This document shows positions 52,700-60,827 of a DNA stretch of 60,827 nucleotides, piece by piece. Below the pieces are notes generated by a model. The model did not search any database and was not told where the DNA came from. It worked only from the letters and a program-made list of their open reading frames with translations. A program made the translations under genes and the position numbers. The DNA comes from Treponema sp. (GTDB lineage Bacteria > Spirochaetota > Spirochaetia > Treponematales > Treponemataceae): assembly GCA_024697295.1 (NCBI GenBank), contig JAILFZ010000084.1, forward strand, positions 1 through 60,827, read 5' to 3'. Positions within the stretch are counted from its first letter, which is position 1. Every line of letters begins with the position of its first letter.

Positions 52700-53133
52700 T
52701 ATTCAGCCTCCACTTCTACACCCATACTGCGTGCAGTACCGGCGATGATTTTCTTTGCTGCTTCAATGTCATTGGCATTGATGTCAGGCATTTTTGTTGT
52801 AGCAATTTCTGTAAGCTGAGCCTGAGTAAGTTTGCCAACCTTGTCGCGAAGTGGGTTACCAGATGCTTTTGGTAAACCGAGTGCCTTCTTAATAAGAACG
52901 GCAGCAGGAGGTGTCTTAAGGATGAATGTGAAAGACTTGTCCTGATAAACAGTGATAATGACAGGGATGATAAGTCCCTTTTCCATTGTCTTGGTTCTGT
53001 CGTTAAACTGCTGAACGAACATTGGTGCAGATACACCATGAGGTCCGAGAGCTGGTCCGATAGGTGGGGCCGGAGTTGCTGCTCCTGCTGGACACTGCAA
53101 TTTAATGACAGCTGTAACCTTTTTTGTAGCCAT
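52699..53133 (-). CDS. rplK: 50S ribosomal protein L11
   Basis: [18 protein letters not shown] and GTARSMG. Confidence 0.98.
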   Translation of the reverse strand: MATKKVTAVIKLQCPAGAATPAPPIGPALGPHGVSAPMFVQQFNDRTKTMEKGLIIPVIITVYQDKSFTFILKTPPAAVLIKKALGLPKASGNPLRDKVGKLTQAQLTEIATTKMPDINANDIEAAKKIIAGTARSMGVEVEAE

Positions 53134-53379
53134 TTTTTAGCTCCCTTTAATTGGTATCGGGCTGCGGTGTACAAGACATCCGCGCCACTAGCGAAATACC
53201 TTTATCCAACGGATATGTATTTCTTCCAAGTATAGGAACTTTGAAAAACTTCAGCTTTTTCAAAGTCTCTGACTATTGAAATATACAGACCGCGCTAACC
53301 AGCGGGCTGTATATTTACGATGCAAGACATTGCATCATAAATATAGGAAAAGCTCTGCCAAGAAACAGAGCTGATTCTA

Positions 53380-53940
53380 TCAAACTAATTTTTCTACCTG
53401 GAGAAGGTCGACTTCTACAGGAGTTGAACGTCCAAAAATCTGAACAGTTACGCGCAGCTTGCCCTTGGCAGCGTCAACTTCTTCAACCGAACCGCTGAAT
53501 GTGGCAAATGGACCGTCTGTGATTTTAACCTGATCACCGACAGCGTAAGACTGCTTGATGCGAACGTTCTTTTCGCCTTTGATTTCGCCTGATTTCTGGA
53601 GAAGGTTAAGGGCTTCTTCGTTGGAAATCGGACGCGGTTTTACAGAAGGATTAGTTCCTACAAAACCTGTAACACCCTGAATTCTGCGTACGGCAGCACA
53701 AACGTCTTTCCAGCCGAGGTCAGGAAGATCCATTTCGAGCATAATGTAGCCCGGAAGGAATTTATTTTTGCGCGAGCGTTTTTTACCGTCTTTGATTTCT
53801 ACAACTTCTTCAACAGGCACTTTTACATTAGTGATGATATTTGTATCGAGATCACCTGCATCGAGCATCATACGGATGGTGCGTTCGATTTTATTTTCAT
53901 AACCTGTGTAAGTGTGAACAATATACCAGTTCTTAGACAT
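53380..53940 (-). CDS. nusG: Transcription termination/antitermination factor
   Basis: WYIVHTYTGYE, FLPGY, GVTGFVG and IFGRSTPVE. Confidence 0.97.
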   Translation of the reverse strand: MSKNWYIVHTYTGYENKIERTIRMMLDAGDLDTNIITNVKVPVEEVVEIKDGKKRSRKNKFLPGYIMLEMDLPDLGWKDVCAAVRRIQGVTGFVGTNPSVKPRPISNEEALNLLQKSGEIKGEKNVRIKQSYAVGDQVKITDGPFATFSGSVEEVDAAKGKLRVTVQIFGRSTPVEVDLLQVEKLV

Positions 53941-53952
53941 TGATTAATCCTA

Positions 53953-54141
53953 TTAAGCAGCAGGGAAAAGGAGGCTCATTCCTGCAGAGAACAGAATATC
54001 GAGAGCACCGAGAATCACTGCAATAATTATTGTTGAAACGATTACAACTTTTACAGAAGAAATAACATCTTCGCGTGATGGCCAAACTACTTTACGAAGT
54101 TCTGCACCGCATTCTTTGATAAAATTAGTTGCTTTTCCCAT
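53953..54141 (-). CDS. secE: Preprotein translocase SecE
   Basis: ELRKVVWPS followed by a single TM. Position between tRNA-Trp and nusG. Confidence 0.95.
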   Translation of the reverse strand: MGKATNFIKECGAELRKVVWPSREDVISSVKVVIVSTIIIAVILGALDILFSAGMSLLFPAA

Positions 54142-54172
54142 AACTTTCCTCTAAAAATAGAATTTTTAATAA

Positions 54173-54245
54173 CAGGCCGGGCAAGACTCGAACTCGCGAC
54201 ACTCGGTTTTGGAGACCGATGCTCTACCAACTGAACTACCGACCT
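54173..54245 (-). tRNA. tRNA-Trp(CCA)
   Basis: AGGTCGG...TCGGT-CTCCAAA-ACCGA...GTTCGAGT...CCGGCCTG cloverleaf. 3' CCA not encoded. Confidence 0.96.
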
Positions 54246-54305
54246 AAAAAAATATATCAAGATACCGCCAAAAAGCGGCATCCAAATATCTGATTTGCGC
54301 TAAAA

Positions 54306-54482
54306 TTATTTAGCTTTTGTTTCTTTATGAAGCACTTCTTTACGGCAGAATGGACAGTACTTATTCTTTTCGAGTTTTCCTGTAATATTCTTGCGGTTTT
54401 TTGTTGTTGTGTAATTCTTGCGTTTGCATTCTGTACACTGAAGGGCAATGATATCAATCGCAGTCTTTTTCTTGCTTCCCAT
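54306..54482 (-). CDS. rpmG: 50S ribosomal protein L33, Zn-binding type
   Basis: [19 protein letters not shown]...KYCPFCRK...HKETK. Start ATG 54482. Confidence 0.97.
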   Translation of the reverse strand: MGSKKKTAIDIIALQCTECKRKNYTTTKNRKNITGKLEKNKYCPFCRKEVLHKETKAK

Positions 54483-54519
54483 TTTAATACTCCTAAACAC
54501 CTAAAATTAGTTTTGGCAG

Positions 54520-54592
54520 AGCTCCCGAGCGGAATCGGACCGCTGACCTCAGCACTACCAATGCTGTGCTCTACCAACTGAGCTACAAGAGC
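54520..54592 (-). tRNA. tRNA-Thr(GGT)
   Basis: GCTCTTG TAGCTCAGTTGGTAGAGC A CAGCA-TTGGTAG-TGCTG AGGTC AGCGG-TCCGATT-CCGCT CGGGAGC T. 3' CCA not encoded. Confidence 0.93.
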
Positions 54593-54615
54593 AGTTCACA
54601 ATGATGTGTCCTAAC

Positions 54616-54644
54616 ACTTTAAACAAATACGATTTTTTGGTCAA
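54616..54644 (-). promoter_or_regulatory. Sigma70-type promoter at the head of the ribosomal supercluster
   Basis: TTGACC-N17-TAAAGT, about 23 nt upstream of tRNA-Thr. Confidence 0.7.
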
Positions 54645-54739
54645 TAGAAAAATCGACGAGAATTCGATTTTTTTTCATAATGACAATCATATGGAATTAT
54701 GCTATTTTAAATCATATTCTTCAATATTCAGAGGCACCG

Positions 54740-55606
54740 ATGAACATGGATAAACTTATCGACAACATTCTAGATTCATACGAACAGTTTGGCGGAATCA
54801 ACAAAGCCGGACTCACAAGTTTTCCTAACCGCGAAAACGTAGTTCAGGTTTTGCATGACCTTCAGTGCCTTGTTTTTCCTGGTTACCGCAACGCCGAAGA
54901 TATCGATTCAAATAATCTCCGCTACATCACAGGACAGCGCGTAAATCGAATTATAACCATCCTTACCCGCGAAATTCAAAAAGCCCTTATTTACACAGTT
55001 GAATGCAATTCGAATGAACCGGATAAAGGCGATGTCAAAAAATCACATTGCTTTGCCCTTGCCGAACAAACCTCCCTCGCCCTTATCGAAGCAATGCCGG
55101 ATCTTCGCCGCATAATCAGACTGGATACTGTGGCAGCCTTTAACGGTGACCCGGCAGCAAAAAGCGACGAAGAAGTCATCGTTTCTTACCCCGGGCTTGA
55201 AGCCATCGTTGTTTACCGCCTTGCACACTTTTTGCACCAGAAGGGAGTTCCTGTAATTCCGCGCATCATGACAGAATACATCCACGGCAAGACCGGAATT
55301 GACATTCATCCGGGTGCAGAAATCGGCGAAAGCTTTTTTATCGACCACGGAACCGGTGTCGTAATCGGAGAAACTACGGTCATCGGAAAGAACGTAAAAA
55401 TCTATCAGGGCGTTACTCTCGGTGCCTTAAGCGTCAAAAAAACCCTGCAGAATAAAAAAAGACATCCTACAATAGAAGACGATGTTACCATTTACGCAAA
55501 CGCTACGATTCTTGGCGGCGAAACCGTCATCGGAAAAGGTGCAACCATCGGCGGCAACACCTGGATTACAAAGAGCGTAAAAGCCGGAACCATAATCAAT
55601 CAGTAA
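54740..55606 (+). CDS. cysE: Serine O-acetyltransferase (CysE/EpsC type)
   Basis: GDPAA, YPGLEA, TGIDIHPGA, FIDHGTGVVIGET, YQGVTLG and KRHPTI. Start ATG 54740 after GAGG. Confidence 0.93.
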   Translation: MNMDKLIDNILDSYEQFGGINKAGLTSFPNRENVVQVLHDLQCLVFPGYRNAEDIDSNNLRYITGQRVNRIITILTREIQKALIYTVECNSNEPDKGDVKKSHCFALAEQTSLALIEAMPDLRRIIRLDTVAAFNGDPAAKSDEEVIVSYPGLEAIVVYRLAHFLHQKGVPVIPRIMTEYIHGKTGIDIHPGAEIGESFFIDHGTGVVIGETTVIGKNVKIYQGVTLGALSVKKTLQNKKRHPTIEDDVTIYANATILGGETVIGKGATIGGNTWITKSVKAGTIINQ

Positions 55607-55658
55607 GTTTTAACAATTTGAATTGAATATTTGAACTTTAGAGAAATCATAATAAGAC

Positions 55659-55757
55659 AAAAAAACAGGCATTTTTAAAAGCAACGCTTTCAAAAATGCC
55701 TGCCGTCCAGCTAACTGGACATCGGAGAGAGTTTATCAGCTTTTTTACAAGCTGTTT
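55659..55757 (-). ncRNA. Candidate small RNA, about 95-100 nt
   Basis: Promoter TTGAAC-N16-TATACT (55788-55761), three hairpins, an unpaired CUCUCUCC and a terminator stem plus T7. No ORF. Confidence 0.55.
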
Positions 55758-55848
55758 ATAAGTATACTCAAACCAAAATAAAGTTCAAGTGGTTTGATGT
55801 AAAAAAGCATAATTTATTGTTTTTTCCGACATCGGAATTGGAGAAAAA

Positions 55849-57204
55849 ATGGCTAAAAAGAAAAATTCTATAATTTTTAAGTGCACGGAATGTTCCTATA
55901 CGCAGCCAACCTGGCTCGGCCGCTGTCCAGAGTGTGGAGCGTGGAACTCTTTTGAAGAATGCGTCTCAGATCCTAATTCAAGTGCGGCTGCTTTTGGAAA
56001 CACTGCCGCTCAAATCGTACGCCCTGTGCCACTGGAGTCGGTCAGCGCCCAGCAAAACAGCCGCTTCTGCACCGGCATAAAGGAATTTGACCGCGTAGTC
56101 GGTGGCGGTGCAATGAAACGAAGTGCCATTCTCATCGGCGGTGAACCGGGAATCGGAAAAAGTACGCTTATGATTCAAATCGCCGCAGGCATAGCAAAAA
56201 CTGTACCGGAAGGAAAAGTTCTCTACATATCTGGCGAAGAGTCTGCCGGACAGATTAAATCGCGCGCCGACCGCATGAAGGTCAACACAAAGGGCATCGA
56301 AATCCTGTGCACCATGCGGCTCGAAGACATCAAAGACGCACTGAATTCACTTTCGCCTGTTTTTGTAATCGTCGACTCAATCCAGACAACTTATTCACTT
56401 GAAGCAGGACTTGTTCCGGGCACTGTAAACCAGCTCAAATACTGCGCCAACGAACTGATCGGCTGGGTAAAAGAAAGGGACAGTGTTTTGATGATGAGCG
56501 CCCATGTTACAAAAGAAGGCACGATTGCAGGCCCAAAGAGTCTTGAACACATGGTCGATACCGTAATTTCCTTTGAACGCAATGATGACGAAATCAGGTT
56601 TCTCCGTTCACAAAAAAACCGTTTCGGAAGCATTGATGAACTCGGCATTTTTGCCATGACAGACACAGGCCTTGAATGCGTAACCGACCCGAGCGCAATG
56701 TTCATCACAAAACGGATCGGACCCACACCCGCAGGCATTGCCAACGCCGCTGTCTTTGAAGGAAGCAGGACTTTTATCGTAGAAATCCAGGCTCTCACGG
56801 TTCCGGCCAAGGCAAATACAAGCCGCGTTTACTCAGACAAAGTAGACAGTGCGCGCGTTGCCCGTGTTGCAGCCGTTCTGGAAAAGCGGACCGGCCTCTG
56901 CTTCAGTGATCAGGATTTGTACATAAACGTTGCCGGCGGAATCAAACTTACAGAAAGTTCAATTGACGCAGCCCTGGCCGCAGCCCTTTACTCTGCCCGC
57001 ACAGACATTGCGATTGACGGAACAACTGTTGTAACCGGCGAGCTTAGTCTCGCGGGCGAAATCCGGCCAGTTTACCGCCTCAAACAGCGCATCAAGACCG
57101 CGGTTGAACTCGGTTTTACAAAAGTTTTAGCCCCGGAATCTGAAAACGGTTCCGTTAAAATCAGCAACATCAAGGAAATGATAAAAACGCTGTTTGCAAA
57201 ATAA
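55849..57204 (+). CDS. radA: DNA repair protein RadA/Sms
   Basis: CTEC..CPEC Zn finger, GEPGIGKST, AGPKSLEHMVD, KNRFG and GELSLAGEIRPV. Confidence 0.97.
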   Translation: MAKKKNSIIFKCTECSYTQPTWLGRCPECGAWNSFEECVSDPNSSAAAFGNTAAQIVRPVPLESVSAQQNSRFCTGIKEFDRVVGGGAMKRSAILIGGEPGIGKSTLMIQIAAGIAKTVPEGKVLYISGEESAGQIKSRADRMKVNTKGIEILCTMRLEDIKDALNSLSPVFVIVDSIQTTYSLEAGLVPGTVNQLKYCANELIGWVKERDSVLMMSAHVTKEGTIAGPKSLEHMVDTVISFERNDDEIRFLRSQKNRFGSIDELGIFAMTDTGLECVTDPSAMFITKRIGPTPAGIANAAVFEGSRTFIVEIQALTVPAKANTSRVYSDKVDSARVARVAAVLEKRTGLCFSDQDLYINVAGGIKLTESSIDAALAAALYSARTDIAIDGTTVVTGELSLAGEIRPVYRLKQRIKTAVELGFTKVLAPESENGSVKISNIKEMIKTLFAK

Positions 57205-57206
57205 GT

Positions 57207-58397
57207 CTAGCCTGCGAGCGCTTCTACCGGATCCAGCTTGCTTGCACGAATGGCCGGGCTCAATCCGAAGAAAACGCCCACAAAGACAGAAAAGACAAAG
57301 GCGATAATACATGCCCCAAATTGAATTGTATACGGCTGACCGCGCACATATTCAACTGCGAGTGCTAAAAAGATTCCCAGAATTATTCCGATGACGCCGC
57401 CAAAAAGCGTAATGCTTGCACTTTCCACAAGAAACTGGCGGCAGATTGCCATCGGACTTGCTCCAAGTGCCTTTCTGATACCGATTTCCTGTTTGCGTTC
57501 GGTTACGGTTACAATCATGATATTCATAATTCCGATGCCGCCTACAAGAAGAGAAATTGCCGCGATTCCGCTGAGCATCAGGGAAAGGGTTTTCATAATC
57601 GAAGACATCTGGTCAATCATGGTCTGCATTGACTGAACGCTGACGCTTCCTTCAGAGCCGGCCTTTTCTGTCGTCCAGTCTGTAATGTCGGTTACCATCT
57701 GTGTACACGCGTCGGTCGATGTCGCCTGAACCATAATCGTACTTGCGTCAGGATTTGGCTTTACCTTTTTTGAATAAAACCCCCGCGGGATATAAATGCC
57801 GGTTGTCGAACTTTCCATTCCGCTGGTCTGTTCTTTTAAGACACCTGCGATTCTAAACGAAAAAGGAACCTTGCTCGTTACCACAAGAACAGTCTTTCCA
57901 ACCGCGTCTCCGTCCGGAAAGAGCGAGGCCGCAACTTCGCTTCCGATAATCATTTTTTGTGAACCGATAACTTCGTCAGTCACCGTAAAGAATTCACCAT
58001 AGTCGAGGGAAAGACCGTACATTTCGAGGTAGCCCGGTTCAATTGCAGTCGCATTTGAAGTAACGCTTGTGTCACCGTAACTTACCGTAAAACTTGCATT
58101 GTTTTTGTACCAGACTTTTTTTACATTTCTGATGTTGTCAAAAAGTTCCTGACGGAAGGTTTCGTCAAAAACCAGGGTTGAAGCGTCGCGTTTTTTCCGC
58201 ATATAGCCGGAAGAAACACTTACTATATCGAGCCCGCTTGAACCGAAAGTGTCTTCAATCTGCTTTGTTGAAGATGAGCCCATGCTCGTAATTATGATTA
58301 CGCTTGCAACACCGATGATTACACCCAGAAGTGACAAAACGGTCCGGGTCTTTGAGCGCGAAAAGTTTCTGATTGCATCAATAAAATCTTCCAGCAT
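57207..58397 (-). CDS. MacB/FtsX-family ABC permease
   Basis: RTVLSLLGVIIGVASV, ISLLVGGIGIMNIM..VTER..EIGIRKALGA and PA.RASKLDPVEAL. Confidence 0.94.
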   Translation of the reverse strand: MLEDFIDAIRNFSRSKTRTVLSLLGVIIGVASVIIITSMGSSSTKQIEDTFGSSGLDIVSVSSGYMRKKRDASTLVFDETFRQELFDNIRNVKKVWYKNNASFTVSYGDTSVTSNATAIEPGYLEMYGLSLDYGEFFTVTDEVIGSQKMIIGSEVAASLFPDGDAVGKTVLVVTSKVPFSFRIAGVLKEQTSGMESSTTGIYIPRGFYSKKVKPNPDASTIMVQATSTDACTQMVTDITDWTTEKAGSEGSVSVQSMQTMIDQMSSIMKTLSLMLSGIAAISLLVGGIGIMNIMIVTVTERKQEIGIRKALGASPMAICRQFLVESASITLFGGVIGIILGIFLALAVEYVRGQPYTIQFGACIIAFVFSVFVGVFFGLSPAIRASKLDPVEALAG

Positions 58398-58399
58398 TT

Positions 58400-59110
58400 T
58401 TAACGCCCTCCCCGTCCGGTATTCTGATTTTTTATATCTTCCTTAATCTGGCCGTCAAAAATCTTTATGCATCTTTTTGTGCTCGCACCGATTCCAGGAT
58501 CGTGGGTAACAATTACAATCGTTGTCCCCGTCAAATTAATCCGGCCAAACAAATCCAGAACCGAGTGCCCTGTTGCGCTGTCGAGGGCGCCGGTCGGTTC
58601 GTCGGCAAGGATGATTGACGGTTTTGTAACCGTCGCACGCGCAATTGCCACACGCTGCTTTTGTCCGCCTGAAAGCTCGTTTGGAAGGTGGTTTACGCGG
58701 TCGGAAAGTCCGACTTTTTCGAGCGCATCCAGAGCCATATCCTTTCTGAGTGAGCGTTCAATTCCCTGATAGCGCAGCGGAACCATAGTATTTTCCAGAA
58801 CTGTCATTGTCGGCAGAAGATGATACTGCTGAAAAACAAAACCGATTGTCTTGTTGCGCAGAATGGCAAGTTCGCCCTCGCTCATAAGGGCGGTTTCTTT
58901 GCCGCCGATTTTTACAATGCCGCCGGACGGTCTGTCCAGACAGCCAATCATATTCATACAGGTCGATTTGCCGGAACCAGACGGTCCCATTATCGAAACA
59001 AATTCTCCCTGGTAAATGGCAAAGTTTACTCCGCGAAGCGCATGAACCTGCTCCTCCCCCATCGAATAAACCTTTGTCACGTTTTCCATCAAAATTACGG
59101 GTTCGCTCAT
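58400..59110 (-). CDS. MacB/LolD-type ABC ATPase
   Basis: GPSGSGKST, LSGGQKQRVAIARA, ADEPTGALD and VTHD. Confidence 0.95.
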   Translation of the reverse strand: MSEPVILMENVTKVYSMGEEQVHALRGVNFAIYQGEFVSIMGPSGSGKSTCMNMIGCLDRPSGGIVKIGGKETALMSEGELAILRNKTIGFVFQQYHLLPTMTVLENTMVPLRYQGIERSLRKDMALDALEKVGLSDRVNHLPNELSGGQKQRVAIARATVTKPSIILADEPTGALDSATGHSVLDLFGRINLTGTTIVIVTHDPGIGASTKRCIKIFDGQIKEDIKNQNTGRGGR

Positions 59111-59122
59111 ACTAACCCCCGC

Positions 59123-60208
59123 TTACATTGGCGGCATGCCCATAGGTGCGCCGCCAGATCCGCTGTTATTCTTATTCTTCTGGGTTTTACCTTTCAGAGA
59201 AGTTCTCATTCTGCCGCTTTTTGAAGCCGACGACTGGGCCTTAAGACGCTCGCCGCCTTCAAGTCCACTGATAATGTTTACATAATCCAGAGTGTATGGT
59301 TCAACTTCAACTTCGATTTTGGTAAGCTTTCCGTTCCTTTCAATTTTTTCTACAAAGGCTTTTCCCTGTTCGTGGCCGATAGCGTAGCGTTCAACCACAA
59401 GCTTATTTTCGCTGTCAGTAATCTGAATTTTTCCGGTAAAACTGAAGTTTGGCAAAATGCCCTCCGGAACATTGTCAATGCGGACCTTTGCGTTTACAAC
59501 CGTCGCACCGCGGCTTGTAACTTCGCCGATTGCAGGGTAAGAAACCAGGTAGCCTTCAACAGGTTTGTCGTAGGCAGGAAATGTAAATTCAACCTTCTGG
59601 CCTTCCTTAAGCTTGCTCACGTCAGTTTCTGCCACTTCAACATCAGCGGTAAGATAACTTGTATCAACCAGAGTTCCTATGCTGTCCTTGGCTTCAAGAT
59701 AATCGCCGGGGTCAACATCCAGATCAGCGATAATTCCGTCAAATGTCGCAACGATTTTACGGTCTTCAACCTTTCTTAAAAGTGAATTGCGCTGTGTTTC
59801 CATAAGCTTGATTTTGCCGGAAGTCTGATTCTGGCGGGCAACACTGATTTCATAATCAAGGTTTGCAAGGTTATACAGCTGCTCCGTGTCATCAAGCTGA
59901 ACGATGAGATCGCCCTTTTTAACGCTGTCGCCTTCTTTTTTGTATACGCCCACAACAGTTCCGTCGTTGAGAGACTGAAGGGTCTGTGATTTTGCTGCAC
60001 TGACAGTTCCGGCAATTTCAATTACGTTTTCGTAAACTTCTTTTTTGACTGTGTACACGGTCATGTCAGTCTTTGCTGCAGAAGAAACGATTTTCTTTGC
60101 CGCAACAATAATAACAAGGCAGACAATCAGGGCAAGCGCACAGTAAATTGCAATCCGTCCCTTTTTTGGAATTTTATTAAAAAATTCTTTCGCTCTGAAT
60201 TCCTTCAT
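59123..60208 (-). CDS. MacA-like periplasmic adaptor (membrane fusion protein)
   Basis: N-terminal TM, lipoyl motifs GTVVGVYKKEGDSVKKGD and IVATFDGII, and VAETDVSKLKEGQKVEF. Confidence 0.9.
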   Translation of the reverse strand: MKEFRAKEFFNKIPKKGRIAIYCALALIVCLVIIVAAKKIVSSAAKTDMTVYTVKKEVYENVIEIAGTVSAAKSQTLQSLNDGTVVGVYKKEGDSVKKGDLIVQLDDTEQLYNLANLDYEISVARQNQTSGKIKLMETQRNSLLRKVEDRKIVATFDGIIADLDVDPGDYLEAKDSIGTLVDTSYLTADVEVAETDVSKLKEGQKVEFTFPAYDKPVEGYLVSYPAIGEVTSRGATVVNAKVRIDNVPEGILPNFSFTGKIQITDSENKLVVERYAIGHEQGKAFVEKIERNGKLTKIEVEVEPYTLDYVNIISGLEGGERLKAQSSASKSGRMRTSLKGKTQKNKNNSGSGGAPMGMPPM

Positions 60209-60209
60209 C

Positions 60210-60827
60210 TTAGTTTTCTCCTTTTTTAGAAGAATCTGCGGTAAAAAGCAGTTTAACTTCGTTGTTGTAAATTATCTGTTCGATTGAATTAATCATGATA
60301 TTCAGTCTGGCTTTTTCTTTGTTGTTCATCGCGTCGAGGTAATCGCTTTCGGTTACGATTCCCTGGGCAAGCCATTTTTTCATGTCGCTTTCGAGCTGGG
60401 TGTAGAGTTTGTATTCTTCGGCGTAGGAGTTTTGAGCCCACTTCAAGTCGTGGTATTCATTTGTGCGTTCCAGGATTTCTGTTTCCCAGTCGTCCTGTGC
60501 GCTTTTGAGGGCAATGTCTTCGATTTTTGAATCTATTCTGTCCTGTTCTTTGTCGTTTTTGCTCACCAGGAATTCGCCCGGATTGATTGCGAGGCTCAAA
60601 GTGTAATACGGGTTAAAGGTTTTGTCGGTTGAATTATCACCTGCAATCGAGGAGCCAGTCGGAAGGCCCACACCCGCACTTGCGGTCAATCCGCCCCAGT
60701 TCCAGCTCAAAGTGCCTTCAACGCTGTCCGATTTTGAACTTGTATTGTCGTCTGCAAGAAAGTCGTTGTTGATAATATATCCGACTCCGGCCTTTAAATA
60801 AGAATCAGATTCTGATTTGCGCTGGAG
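60210..60827 (-). CDS. TolC-family outer membrane efflux protein, 3' part (partial)
   Basis: Frame is open to the window edge. Beta-strand-like segments are followed by a helical tail with QGIVTESDYLDA. Directly upstream of the adaptor gene. Confidence 0.7.
   Translation of the reverse strand, partial: LQRKSESDSYLKAGVGYIINNDFLADDNTSSKSDSVEGTLSWNWGGLTASAGVGLPTGSSIAGDNSTDKTFNPYYTLSLAINPGEFLVSKNDKEQDRIDSKIEDIALKSAQDDWETEILERTNEYHDLKWAQNSYAEEYKLYTQLESDMKKWLAQGIVTESDYLDAMNNKEKARLNIMINSIEQIIYNNEVKLLFTADSSKKGEN

Noticed and set aside
28537-53174. Many alternative-frame and antisense ORFs in the ribosomal cluster (e.g. 28537-28986, 47719-48312, 52716-53174)
   Set aside because: They overlap highly conserved genes. 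Biased codon usage keeps the shadow frames open.
57207-60827. MacAB-TolC-type operon as a novel system
   Set aside because: A common tripartite exporter architecture, with no cargo gene visible in the window.

Overview
AT-rich, core-genome window from a spirochaete. The protein sequences and gene order point to a gut or rumen Treponema, though this is an inference. About half the window (26.4-54.6 kb, minus strand) is one continuous translation/transcription supercluster: tRNA-Thr, rpmG, tRNA-Trp, secE, nusG, rplKAJL, rpoBC, rpsLG, tuf, then the S10, spc and alpha operons. It lacks fusA, adk, map, infA and rpsD. The left part holds a pepT 3' end, murA, a DjlA-like J protein, a divergent LptF/LptG-like pair, a STAS-Zn-ribbon protein, an SDR, trmJ, an HTH-less sigma-54 activator, a WecG-family gene, rsmE, ctpA, a MinD/FlhG-like ATPase, lgt, tkt, a PTS IIA gene, an AcuB-like CBS-ACT gene, livKHMGF and a soluble LacI-sensor chemoreceptor. 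The right part holds cysE, radA and a MacAB-TolC-type exporter. I saw no CRISPR array, prophage or transposase. The most interesting signals are: (1) an 83-aa basic Zn-ribbon gene translationally coupled to rplQ as the last cistron of the ribosomal operon, a candidate lineage-specific ribosomal protein; (2) a free-standing ~100-nt candidate sRNA between cysE and radA with its own promoter, an anti-SD seed and a terminator; (3) two phased DnaA-box triplets flanking an AT-rich stretch with no dnaA nearby; (4) long structured RNA spacers inside the ribosomal cluster, including ~600 nt where fusA would normally be; (5) a MITE/REP-like insert that duplicates an SD; (6) several apparently leaderless genes.
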